NCBI GenBank assembly: GCA_020852715.1 | Contig: JADZAE010000034.1 | Location: 192,965-256,964, forward strand | Length of the DNA stretch: 64,000 bases | Direction: 5' to 3' | Origin: Deltaproteobacteria bacterium | Lineage (GTDB): Bacteria; Bdellovibrionota_C; UBA2361; SZUA-149; JADZAE01 | In this document: one piece after another, positions 48,951-58,583 of the stretch | Layout: every line of letters starts with the position of its first letter | Position numbering within the stretch: the first letter of the stretch is position 1 | Translations under genes and position numbers: made by a program | The notes under the pieces: model-generated | The model's database searches: none | Told to the model about the DNA's origin: nothing | Seen by the model: only the letters and a program-made list of their open reading frames with translations

Positions 48951-51002
48951 TCATGGAAATAGATAGGGGATTAACTCCTTACCGCTGAGTCCAGCACCGA
49001 AATATAGGGGCTTTTCAGGATAGAGCTGATTGTAATGCGTTTGCTTTGCTTCATAGGTGCTGATGCGCTCTTGCTTAAGAATTTCGCTCCACTGGGCTAC
49101 TTCCTTAAGATAATTAAGATTAATGCTTGCCCGCGATTGAAAATCTAGGTCATTCGATACTGCCCAAAACTGAGAGGCTAGGTGCAGGGCCAAAATAACA
49201 GTAAGGCATTTTCTAGCTAAGGCGTTTTTTAACTTAGCATCTGAGATAATATAGTAAGCAAAGATGCAGATCCCAACAAAAGCTAAGTGCTGATAACGTA
49301 ACGATAAAGATTGCTGATAACAGTAAATCCAGCGCCCTATAGCCGGTAGCAGCAGAGAAATAATAAGCCAAGCCTGAGATATTAGATATACGCCTATAAC
49401 GCTGCGGTTATTCTTTTTGGTTTTAAAAGTCAGCCCCATGGCCAGCAAAGACACAAGCAGACCACAAAGAGCAAGCGTGATTTCCGGAAAATATCGGATA
49501 AAGGGCACTGCATTTAAAAGTTCATTCGGCGCATAAAGCGATAAAAACGGAAAAAGCCCCAAGCCACGTAAAATAGTTCCTAATTGTGAACCAATAAAAA
49601 GATAAGCCAAAAAACGCCGAACTATTTTTCCCGTACTAAATTCGCTGGCCATAGTAGCTTGCGCGCTTGGCGCCTGCAGGACCTCGGTAAACATATAAAG
49701 CACCAACACAAGCACAGCAGCAAGCATAGAAATTATTCCCAGCCTAAGCACGGCGCGGCGATTAAAATGACCGTTAATCGCCAACTCCAAAATGCAAACT
49801 AGCCCCACTAAAGCAAAGGCGGCTAAGCCATTGCCAAAGGACAAACAAGCAAGTAAAAGAAGAATATTTGCCTTAATTAAGGCCAGAGATTTATTTTCGC
49901 GAAGATACTGCAAGCCAAAACAAAAGCCCCAGAGCACAAAAACCTGCATCAACAACAAGCATTGAACAAAAGGCCATTGCAGCACTTCAGCTTGCAAACA
50001 GCTTATGGCAAAGAACAACAAAAGCATGCGCCGAGTAATAGTATTACTATTTTTGTAAAACAACGCGGCCAGAAATTTATCCAATGATAAAACGCTAAGC
50101 ATAAACAAAAGATAAGTCACGAGCGAATAACCTAAATACCAACTACCGAATACCTTAAGCTGAATAAAATATAAGGCAAAGAAAAGCGGAATAAAATGCT
50201 CATTATGACTTTGAAAAATCATACGCCACCCTTCGTCCACGCTCTTTATCAAAATATTCCATTCATCAGCATAAAAAGACAAAGGCATCTTAAAATGAAC
50301 CAAGGCACTTAGCGCCAGCACAAGCAAGGCAAAATTAGCAGTTTTTGTTAAATACGGCCCACATTTAAGAATAAACAAAGCAAGCGCAGCACCCAATAAA
50401 ACACAAATAACCAGGCGGCCACCTTTGAGCGGCTGAACCCAAGCGTCACCAGCTGCGGCACGAAAGAAATTCAAGCGCCGCTTAACTGTCAGCTGTTGAA
50501 AAACAGCACTGGCAGCGCTCACCTGTATATAAACATCTTTACCAATATGCTCAGGGGAAACAGTAAACTGAAAAGGTATAAAATACTTTTTCTGTTCTTC
50601 ATTTACTATCGATAAGGGAACAATAAATTGCGCAATTTGCTCGCCGTCTTTGCTCTTTACTTGCAGCTTAAAATCGGCACGACTTTTGTAAACAAATTCT
50701 ATGATGTTTCGAGTCAATTTGAAGCTCGACGAGCGACAAAATTCTTGTGCAATAATCGCATCGCCTTGAAAATAGCATTCCCTACGCTCCGGCCTAGCGC
50801 CCTGTTCCCAATTAAGACCAATGAAAGAATCATAATCAGCCGTCGGATAAACAAGTAGCAAACGATAAAAAATCACCGCCGCCAGAAACAGTAAAAGCCA
50901 GGTAATTTTCTTAATAGTTGGTGACACCGGGTTCCTTAAATTTTCACAATTTAACCCAGGCGGTCGTATAGCAGTATGGCTAATAAAAGCCAAAGCCTGC
51001 AA
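48951..51002 (-). CDS. Polytopic membrane protein (about 14 TM) with N-terminal extracytoplasmic domain. Possibly a GT-C-type glycosyltransferase.
   Basis: 683 aa. One N-terminal TM, a soluble domain of about 150 aa, then many TM helices. FYADEW acidic motif in an early loop. No family assignment possible by eye. Confidence 0.5.
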   Translation of the reverse strand: MQALAFISHTAIRPPGLNCENLRNPVSPTIKKITWLLLFLAAVIFYRLLLVYPTADYDSFIGLNWEQGARPERRECYFQGDAIIAQEFCRSSSFKLTRNIIEFVYKSRADFKLQVKSKDGEQIAQFIVPLSIVNEEQKKYFIPFQFTVSPEHIGKDVYIQVSAASAVFQQLTVKRRLNFFRAAAGDAWVQPLKGGRLVICVLLGAALALFILKCGPYLTKTANFALLVLALSALVHFKMPLSFYADEWNILIKSVDEGWRMIFQSHNEHFIPLFFALYFIQLKVFGSWYLGYSLVTYLLFMLSVLSLDKFLAALFYKNSNTITRRMLLLFFAISCLQAEVLQWPFVQCLLLMQVFVLWGFCFGLQYLRENKSLALIKANILLLLACLSFGNGLAAFALVGLVCILELAINGHFNRRAVLRLGIISMLAAVLVLVLYMFTEVLQAPSAQATMASEFSTGKIVRRFLAYLFIGSQLGTILRGLGLFPFLSLYAPNELLNAVPFIRYFPEITLALCGLLVSLLAMGLTFKTKKNNRSVIGVYLISQAWLIISLLLPAIGRWIYCYQQSLSLRYQHLAFVGICIFAYYIISDAKLKNALARKCLTVILALHLASQFWAVSNDLDFQSRASINLNYLKEVAQWSEILKQERISTYEAKQTHYNQLYPEKPLYFGAGLSGKELIPYLFP

Positions 51003-51077
51003 TCTTTTCCATGGGAATTCCCTCTTATTTTAGCAATCGTCTGGTTTGAACAATATTGCATTGTTTAGGTAGGGGCA

Positions 51078-51434
51078 GCGCTGAGTCTTATACAAGAGTC
51101 GTAAAAACGTGCCTTCGTGATTAATTTTTGCAACACCCTCGGCCATGCCGCCACGGGGGTAGATAATTTTGCAACCGCTTGTGGAACGCGACCCATCTTT
51201 GGAAGCGAAGCGAACAAAGTGGGTCGCCTGCGCCCAATAGTTACACGGCATTTGGCGGCTTAGCCACATACCGCAGCTGGCATTTCCAGCCTCGGCGCCT
51301 CAGATCTTCCGGCCTACAGCCTCCAGATCATGCCGCGCGTTCCATAGCGCACGCGGCTTTTCCATGAGCCGATGGCGCTTACGCGTGCTGCTCCAGAGTA
51401 ACGCATTTGATGGACTTGTGTATAAGACTCAGCA
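51078..51434. mobile_element. MITE-like element of the same family, flanked by inverted IS50-OE-like repeats
   Basis: Left gcgctgagtcttatacaagagtc (forward). Right acttgtgtataagactcagc (reverse complement of GCTGAGTCTTATACACAAGT). Interior 51245-51414 is the reverse complement of 33518-33690 at about 90% identity, including the Tnp C-terminal remnant. Confidence 0.55.
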
Positions 51435-51634
51435 GCAATCGGAAGCCCAGTAGCGGCTCTCGACCCCCGAAGTCCAACAACGTATCCACCCAAAATTCCA
51501 TAATACAGGCGGCTACGATTTTGGGCCGAATACGAGGAAGACGAGTGGCGAGCACCGCAAGTGTAGTAAACTACTCGCGGAGCGCAGCCACGAAGTCTGA
51601 CAAAGTAGTCGGCCAAAAGCGTAACCGCCTGCCC

Positions 51635-51970
51635 TTAGCTGACGCTGACCTCGGATACAAGGGCCAACACCTCCTTCGTCTCCACAATTCTCAAATCCTC
51701 ATCCCACGCTACGGCCACGCCGGCATGTTCGGGAATTAAAACGACAGAGCCGTTGGGAATGCCGCTGATATTGGCTTCTTCTTCTGTTTCATCATCCACG
51801 GCCTTGGCTACTTCCAGCACATCGCAAAGAATACTTTCCTTGCGATTAGAACGAGCCGTTTCGGGTAAATATAATCCGGCGTCAGTTTGACTGGCTGCCT
51901 TTCTGACTTTTACCAAAATCCGCATACCGAGCGGATGAACTTTTCTGATTTTCTTGCGACTAGAAGCCAT
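51635..51970 (-). CDS. Cpn10/GroES-family co-chaperonin-like protein (no adjacent groEL)
   Basis: HPLGMRILVKV...TDAGLYLPETA...GSVVLIPEHAGV...EVLALVSE aligns with GroES (PLHDRVIVK...SAGGIVL...GDIVIF...DILAIVE). Confidence 0.55.
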   Translation of the reverse strand: MASSRKKIRKVHPLGMRILVKVRKAASQTDAGLYLPETARSNRKESILCDVLEVAKAVDDETEEEANISGIPNGSVVLIPEHAGVAVAWDEDLRIVETKEVLALVSEVSVS

Positions 51971-51991
51971 AAAACAACACTCTTATTCCTT

Positions 51992-53851
51992 TTATTCTAC
52001 AGTAACACTTTTTGCTAAATTTCTTGGTTGATCGACATCGGTTTCTCGGCAGATTGCGGTGTAGTAAGCAAGTAACTGAAGGGGAATAACCAGCACAATG
52101 GGCAGCATTTGCGAAGGAATATCACCGACAGCGATTACGCGATGAGCAAGCTTACTTAAATGCGCGTTTTCCAAATCCGTGACTGCAATTATTTTAGCTT
52201 TGCGTGCGACGGCTTCGGTTAAATTAGACATAGCCTTTTCGTAATTGCCATCATCGTGACCAAGTACAACGACAACGGGGGTTTCTTCCGTTATCAGCGC
52301 AATGGGGCCATGCTTCATTTCACCGGCCGGATAGCCTTCGGCATGTATATAAGAAATTTCTTTTAGTTTCAGCGCGCCTTCTAAAGCAATGGGATACAAA
52401 AGCCCGCGCGCCAAATAAAGGAAATTAAAACTTTTGCTAAACTCCTGCGCCAAGTCTTTTATCTTGTCTTCTTGGCCTAGCGCAGCTGTCAGCCACTTTG
52501 GCAAATGCACTACTTGATCAATATAATTAGCCAGCTCGTCTGCCGATAAAGTATTACGCACCAAAGCTAGCTTTAGTGCCAGCAGATACCCGGCAACCAG
52601 CTGAGTAACAAAAGCCTTGGTTGAGGCGACGCTTATCTCGGGCCCCGCCTGAGTATTGATGATATTACCGGCACGCCGCGCAATTGTAGATCCAACAACA
52701 TTACAAATGGCCAGAGTCTTAGCCCCTTTCTCAATAGCAATCTGTAATGCGCCTAGCGTATCGGCGGTTTCTCCGCTTTGCGAAATGGCAATAAAAAGCG
52801 TTTTGTCATTAAGTAGCGGATTGCGATAACGAAATTCCGAGGCATAATCAACATCCACCGGCATGCGCGCAAATTTCTCAATATAAAACTTTGTTGTTAG
52901 CGCCGCATGCCAAGCAGTGCCACAGGCGACAATAACTATGCGCTCAATCTTAGCAAAATCATCATCGCTAAAAAAAACATCATCAAAATGCACATTGCTA
53001 TGTTCTTGATCTAAACGCCCACGCAGCGTTTCCATTACCACACGCGGCTGCTCATGGATTTCTTTGAGCATAAAATGCTCAAAGCCGCCTTTCTCGGCAG
53101 TAATCGGATCCCAAGCAATAGTGATAGGTTTTCTTTCGGCCGCTACGCCTTCATGCTCTATCTTAATCGCTCCGCGAGAAATCTCGGCAAAATCACCATC
53201 TTCAAGCACATAAAAATCGCGCGTATATTCCAAAATCGCCGGAATATCAGAAGCAATAAAAGATTCATCTGGCGTAATACCAACAATTACGGGCGTAGCA
53301 TTTTTAGCGACCACCAGCTTATCCGGCTCAGATAAAGACATGACCACCAGCGCATAGCTGCCTTGCATTTCAGAACAAGCTGTTTTAGTGGCAGCAAATA
53401 ATCCCAAACCCTGCTCGATGTGCGAATTAATCAAGTGCGCGGCAATCTCAGAATCAGTCTCCGACTTAAATACGCATTTCGTAGCAGTAAGTTGCGCTTT
53501 TAGCTCGACATAGTTTTCAATAATGCCGTTATGCACCAGACAAACTTTGCCCGCCAAATGAGGATGTGCATTGGTCTCAGAAGGGCGCCCATGCGTTGCC
53601 CAACGCGTATGGCCAATGCCGATATTTACCCCTTCGGCTGATTTATTTTCGCCGGCAGCAAGCTTGCCGTTTTCGCTTAAAAGATTTTTTAACTTGGCAA
53701 GCTTTCCTTCTGCGCGCATCACTTCAAATTGCGCATTTACAATTTCAGAAACGCCGGCGGAATCATAACCGCGATATTCGAGTTTTTCTAAACCACCGAG
53801 CAATACCGGCAGCACCGGTCTTTTACCGATATAACCTACTATTCCACACAT
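51992..53851 (-). CDS. glmS: Glutamine--fructose-6-phosphate aminotransferase
   Basis: N-terminal MCGIVGYIG (Cys2 amidotransferase) and two SIS domains. 619 aa. Confidence 0.95.
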   Translation of the reverse strand: MCGIVGYIGKRPVLPVLLGGLEKLEYRGYDSAGVSEIVNAQFEVMRAEGKLAKLKNLLSENGKLAAGENKSAEGVNIGIGHTRWATHGRPSETNAHPHLAGKVCLVHNGIIENYVELKAQLTATKCVFKSETDSEIAAHLINSHIEQGLGLFAATKTACSEMQGSYALVVMSLSEPDKLVVAKNATPVIVGITPDESFIASDIPAILEYTRDFYVLEDGDFAEISRGAIKIEHEGVAAERKPITIAWDPITAEKGGFEHFMLKEIHEQPRVVMETLRGRLDQEHSNVHFDDVFFSDDDFAKIERIVIVACGTAWHAALTTKFYIEKFARMPVDVDYASEFRYRNPLLNDKTLFIAISQSGETADTLGALQIAIEKGAKTLAICNVVGSTIARRAGNIINTQAGPEISVASTKAFVTQLVAGYLLALKLALVRNTLSADELANYIDQVVHLPKWLTAALGQEDKIKDLAQEFSKSFNFLYLARGLLYPIALEGALKLKEISYIHAEGYPAGEMKHGPIALITEETPVVVVLGHDDGNYEKAMSNLTEAVARKAKIIAVTDLENAHLSKLAHRVIAVGDIPSQMLPIVLVIPLQLLAYYTAICRETDVDQPRNLAKSVTVE

Positions 53852-53858
53852 AGCTTAC

Positions 53859-55277
53859 CTACTTTTTATCTTTTTGAGCGCGCAGCGCTGCCCATTTCTC
53901 TTTTGCCCAACCGGCAATATTTTTTTGCTCGGCTCGGGTTACCCCTAGCGCATTAGCCGGCACATCTTTGGTAATCACAGAGCCGGCGCCAATAATTGCC
54001 CCGGCACCAACGGTTACAGGCGCGACTAAGGAAACATCGCTACCAATAAAAGCACCCGCGCCGATTTCGGTCTTATGCTTATTCACGCCATCATAATTAC
54101 AAGTGATGGTGCCCGCACCAATATTGACCCCTTCATGCACCACAGTATCGCCAAGATAAGTTAAGTGATTAGCTTTTACGCCTTTGTGCAGCTCGGACTT
54201 CTTTACCTCGACAAAATTTCCGACTTTCACCTTTTCATTTAACTTAGCCTTGGGTCTTAAATGAGCAAATGGCCCAACTTCGCAGTTCTCGCCAATCTCA
54301 GACTCTTCTATCACCGAATAATATTTAATGATACTACCGCGACCAACAGAACTATTTTCGATAACACTAGAACCTTGCACAACTACTCCGGCAGCAATTT
54401 TGGTATTCCCAATTAGTCGCGTATCCGCTCCGATAAAAGCATCAGGAGCAACGCTTACGTCTTCTTCTATATAAACTTCGCTAGCCTTTTCAAAAGTAAC
54501 CCCTTCCTCCATCAAGCGGGCAATGATGCATTTTCTCTGCAGCAATTCTAAATCATAAAGCTCGGCTCTAGAATTAGCGCCCAACGTATAAATAGGATCA
54601 GAAACAGCACTAGCACTTACCTCTTTTCCTAAATTCACTGCATAAGAAACTATATCGGTAAGATAATATTCTTTCTGCGCGTTGTTGGTCTTCAAGCTCT
54701 GTAACCCTTCGGCCAGTAAGTCCTTTCTTACGAAATAAATTGAGGTATTTACCTCCGAAACTTGAGCTTCGGCTTCATTACAATCTTTCTGCTCGCGAAT
54801 GGCAATCACGCTCCCGGAAGCATTTCTTAAAATGCGCCCAAAACCTTTAGGATTATCGAGCTTCATCGAAAGAAGCGCTAACGTGCTTTGCTTGGATTGA
54901 TCAACAAACTCTTTTAGCACCTCAGCTGTTAATAGCGGCACATCACCAGGCAAAATTAAAACTCGCTCGCTTTCTTTGCTGCACGAAGGATAAGCAACTT
55001 GCGCAGCATGTCCGGTACCGAGCTGTTCTTTTTGCTCGACGCAAACTATCTCAATGCCCTTAGCCCATGATTTACTTTTTAAACTTTCGATGTGTTCGGC
55101 TACCAAGTCGCCGCGATAACCGACCACGATCACAATGCGCTTTGGTCCCAGAGCGCAAACCGCGCGTAGAAGCCGCTCAATCATAGTAAGCCCGCAGACC
55201 TTGTGCATGACTTTAGGAAGCTCAGACTTCATGCGCACGCCTTTACCGGCCGCTAAAACAATACAATCAAAACTCAT
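53859..55277 (-). CDS. glmU: Bifunctional UDP-N-acetylglucosamine pyrophosphorylase / glucosamine-1-phosphate N-acetyltransferase
   Basis: N-terminal nucleotidyltransferase motif (IVLAAGKGVRMKSELPKVMH). C-terminal left-handed beta-helix hexapeptide repeats. Confidence 0.9.
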   Translation of the reverse strand: MSFDCIVLAAGKGVRMKSELPKVMHKVCGLTMIERLLRAVCALGPKRIVIVVGYRGDLVAEHIESLKSKSWAKGIEIVCVEQKEQLGTGHAAQVAYPSCSKESERVLILPGDVPLLTAEVLKEFVDQSKQSTLALLSMKLDNPKGFGRILRNASGSVIAIREQKDCNEAEAQVSEVNTSIYFVRKDLLAEGLQSLKTNNAQKEYYLTDIVSYAVNLGKEVSASAVSDPIYTLGANSRAELYDLELLQRKCIIARLMEEGVTFEKASEVYIEEDVSVAPDAFIGADTRLIGNTKIAAGVVVQGSSVIENSSVGRGSIIKYYSVIEESEIGENCEVGPFAHLRPKAKLNEKVKVGNFVEVKKSELHKGVKANHLTYLGDTVVHEGVNIGAGTITCNYDGVNKHKTEIGAGAFIGSDVSLVAPVTVGAGAIIGAGSVITKDVPANALGVTRAEQKNIAGWAKEKWAALRAQKDKK

Positions 55278-55419
55278 AAAGACCCCGTGTTAAAATAAAC
55301 TCCGGCGTATACTAGACAAAAATAGGCCTTGTTTCCACATCTTTTCTGCCCAATTTAGCTATTCAGTTAAAGCTAAATTCTGACGAATATCATAATGAAA
55401 ACTATAAAATTGGGAACAA

Positions 55420-56001
55420 ATGCCTGAAGCGCAAAATAACAACTCATCGACGAGAAACTTCGACAGCGAACTGGCGCGCCTTGAGCGCTTAACAGAAGAG
55501 CTGCGCGTTCAGTATGAGCAGTATTTTATTGATATTGTGCCGCTGCCACCGGATAAACTTCACGCACAAGTAAAATCCCTCATCCGCACACTACTCAAAG
55601 CTCCATTTAAAAACTCCGCCGACCGCTTTCGCCTGCGCACAGCCGTGCAGCGCTATAAAACTTTTGAAACCTATTGGACACGCATTCTCAAACAACGCGA
55701 AGAAGGCACTTACAGCAAAGATGTTTTTAAATTGGAGATGCGCCAAAAAATGCTCGAAGAAGCCGAGCGCCAGGCCTCCGAACTTGGCAAGGCCGAGAAA
55801 GGCATCAAGCAGCTCTTTAACAGCTATCAAGAAGCACTTAAAAAATCCGGTAATAGCCAAGCAAATTTAGAATTTGATTCCTTCAAAAAAACCCTACTCG
55901 CCAAAGCCAGACAGCTGAAAAAAGAGCACAATGTCACCAAACTCAATTACAAAATCGTCATGAAAAACGGCAAGGTGCTCATCAAAGCCCAAGCCAAATA
56001 A
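55420..56001 (+). CDS. Hypothetical Lys-rich coiled-coil protein
   Basis: 193 aa ORF with no recognised motif. Confidence 0.4.
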   Translation: MPEAQNNNSSTRNFDSELARLERLTEELRVQYEQYFIDIVPLPPDKLHAQVKSLIRTLLKAPFKNSADRFRLRTAVQRYKTFETYWTRILKQREEGTYSKDVFKLEMRQKMLEEAERQASELGKAEKGIKQLFNSYQEALKKSGNSQANLEFDSFKKTLLAKARQLKKEHNVTKLNYKIVMKNGKVLIKAQAK

Positions 56002-56243
56002 ATTAATCATTTTCGATTGTGGTCGATTACTTTGTCAGACTTCGCAGGTCGAGAGCTACTGCTGGGCTCTTGACTCGAACAACAAAACTGCCCGGTTGAC
56101 TCGATAACTAGCTATTTATATTAAATTAACCCTTTCCCTTAACAGCCAGGTGCCAGGCACCCACTTCGCATGCTTCCGTTTCTTTAATCTTCAGCATAAC
56201 ATCCTCTGAAACTTTACCCTAAGAGGCAGAAAGGAGGCACGGT

Positions 56244-56760
56244 GATGAAACTCATCGTGTTTGATATTGGTAACGTTATCTGTTCTGTCGAGATCGGCAG
56301 AACAGCAGTAGCGTTGTCAAAACAATTTCCCTGCGGCGTCAGCGCTGATTAAATCGTCACGTTGGCCCGCGAGATGCGGTTGGCGCAAGGGGGCTACAGC
56401 GGGCAAGAGTTTTATCTTCAGTTGACTGCAAGTCTCGGCTATCTGGCCGGGTATCAGCAGTTCGTAGAGGATTGGAACTGTTGCATGGGAGAAGTCGCGG
56501 AGGGGATAGAATTCCTGATCTGCGATTTGCAGGCCGCCGGACACCGGCTTGCGATTCTCTCGGACAATAATCCGCTTCATTGGGAGTATTGTCTGGAGGA
56601 TTTTCCGCGAGTCCTCTTCCCTTTTGTGGGGCACATTTTCTTGAGCTTCCAAATCGGAAGCTGCAAGCCCAGTTCTGAAGCTTTTAGGACTGTGTCAGTG
56701 CCAGTCGCCCTTTCTAACTGCGAAACTGTGCTGACGCGAACAATCCTTCTCGGTCGTGCC
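56244..56760 (+). pseudogene. Frameshifted/truncated HAD-superfamily hydrolase gene fragment in a locally GC-rich segment
   Basis: MKLIVFDIGNVI (HAD motif I) then a stop after 36 codons. In another frame: LAILSDNNPLHWEY...FVGHIFLSFQIGSCKP (HAD motifs II/III). GC content is visibly higher than surrounding DNA. Confidence 0.5.
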
Positions 56761-56839
56761 GCTTGGCTTCGGGTTACCCACATGTTATGAGCACATAAGG
56801 GGTAGGGTCATTGCTGGTAATTTAAATTAAGGAGAGCAC

Positions 56840-57817
56840 ATGACAAACAAAATTAAAATAGCGATAGTCGGCTGGGGAAATGTGGGTAGAGGTGTCGAGG
56901 CCGCAATTAAACAAATAAACGACATGACAATCAGCGCTGTTATCTCGCGCGACACAGACAGAGTAAAAAAAGAAATCGACAATCGCCTACCGATGTTCAG
57001 CACAGAGAAAGTCAACGAAGTAAAAGCCGATCTGGCCATACTTTGTGGCGGTTCGGCTACAGACTTACCCTATCAAGGACCATTCTACGCCAACCTTTTT
57101 AACACTGTAGATAGCTTTGATACACACAGCGACATACCTAAATACTTTGCCGCGATGAATGAAGTATCACAGTCAAAAAAGCATATCTCGATTATCTCTG
57201 CCGGTTGGGATCCGGGCACATTTTCCCTAGAAAGAGTGTTGGCCAACTCTTTTATTCCGCAATCCAAAGCCTATACATTTTGGGGCCGCGGCGTGAGCCA
57301 AGGACACTCGCAAGCAATCAGAGCAATCGAAGGCGTAGCTGACGGCATTCAATATACAGTTCCTGCCGAACAAGCCCTAGCCACAGTTAGAAGCGGCACC
57401 AATCCGGAGCTAACAACAAGGCAAAAACATACTCGTGAATGCTTCATTGCTTTAAAACCCGGCGCTGATGAAAAGAAAATTAAGGAGCTTATCGTTAATA
57501 TGCCCAAATACTTTTCAGATTTTGACACAACGGTGACCATAGAAAGCGCCGAGCAAGTGGCCGAAAGGCGCAAAGCCATGCCTCATACCGGCTTTGTTAT
57601 AACTTCGGGAAAAACCGGTAACAATAAGGCGCTCATTGAATATAGAAATCAGTGGGACAGTAACCCGGATGCAACGGCCTGCATATTAGTCGCTTGTGCG
57701 CGCGCTGCTTTTCGCCTGCGCCAAGAAGGCAGATGCGGAGCACTAACCATGCTCGACATTCCACCTTCTTATTACTCACCGTTATCTCACGCTGAGCTGC
57801 TAAGAGATTGGATGTAA
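56840..57817 (+). CDS. ddh: meso-Diaminopimelate D-dehydrogenase
   Basis: MTNKIKIAIVGWGNVGRGV...CGGSATDLPYQ...SAGWDPGTFSLERV...FWGRGVSQGHSQAIR...HTGFVITSG matches recalled Corynebacterium Ddh along its length. Confidence 0.85.
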   Translation: MTNKIKIAIVGWGNVGRGVEAAIKQINDMTISAVISRDTDRVKKEIDNRLPMFSTEKVNEVKADLAILCGGSATDLPYQGPFYANLFNTVDSFDTHSDIPKYFAAMNEVSQSKKHISIISAGWDPGTFSLERVLANSFIPQSKAYTFWGRGVSQGHSQAIRAIEGVADGIQYTVPAEQALATVRSGTNPELTTRQKHTRECFIALKPGADEKKIKELIVNMPKYFSDFDTTVTIESAEQVAERRKAMPHTGFVITSGKTGNNKALIEYRNQWDSNPDATACILVACARAAFRLRQEGRCGALTMLDIPPSYYSPLSHAELLRDWM

Positions 57818-57833
57818 ATAGGGCTAAGCAAAA

Positions 57834-58574
57834 ATGGAAGCCCGGCAAGAATTCTATGACTTTGAATATTACCTAAGCCTGGAGTATCGTTATTTCTCTC
57901 GGTCGCACCGAGGCCGGGTTTCCTCTTTATTGAATTTCCTCGGTGACATTTCTAATAAATCCATATTGGACTTTGGCGGCGGCGCAGGGCACTTGGCCTA
58001 TTTCATGTCCCAGCGCGGCGCTAAAGTAACTGTCGCTGATTATTCCAAAGCAGCGCTTACCTTTGGTGCTGCGCGTTTTCCCACTTTAAGCTTCGTCGAA
58101 GCTGATTATAAAAACCTAAGCTCAATAAAGGAAGAGTATCCGATCATCACTTGCTTTGATGTCATTGAACATTTAGCCGAGCCGCAACTGCTTCTAGCGA
58201 ACCTTGCTCAGTGCTTAGAAGCGGGTGGCAAGCTCTACATTTCCACAGATAATGAAATGAGCCCCTTTGCCACAAACCACTTACTCAAGCGGCTGGATAA
58301 TTATTGGCGCTGCTTATCCGGCGAAGGGCGCGATTATGCCTTAATCAAAAAAGTAGAAAGCTATCGGCGCAGCATTTTAAATAAGGACTATCATCAAAGC
58401 CATGTGCAAGAATTCTCGCCGACGCGCCTAAAAGAGCTACTTGAGCAAAATGGCTGGCAAACAGACATGTTCATTGGCTATCACCTTTGGTCAAACCCCT
58501 TAAAAAACCTCATAACCAAGCTACTAGGAAAAGAAAGCGCAACAGCTTTTGCTTATTGCTGCTCGAGGCGTTAG
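57834..58574 (+). CDS. Class I SAM-dependent methyltransferase
   Basis: Motif I ILDFGGGAGHLA and DVIEHL. Confidence 0.7.
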   Translation: MEARQEFYDFEYYLSLEYRYFSRSHRGRVSSLLNFLGDISNKSILDFGGGAGHLAYFMSQRGAKVTVADYSKAALTFGAARFPTLSFVEADYKNLSSIKEEYPIITCFDVIEHLAEPQLLLANLAQCLEAGGKLYISTDNEMSPFATNHLLKRLDNYWRCLSGEGRDYALIKKVESYRRSILNKDYHQSHVQEFSPTRLKELLEQNGWQTDMFIGYHLWSNPLKNLITKLLGKESATAFAYCCSRR

Positions 58575-58583
58575 ATACAGGTA

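Noticed and set aside
51635-51970. Calling this gene groES with a symbol
   Set aside because: The fold-level similarity is convincing. The N-terminal extension and lack of groEL make orthology to groES uncertain, so no symbol was assigned.
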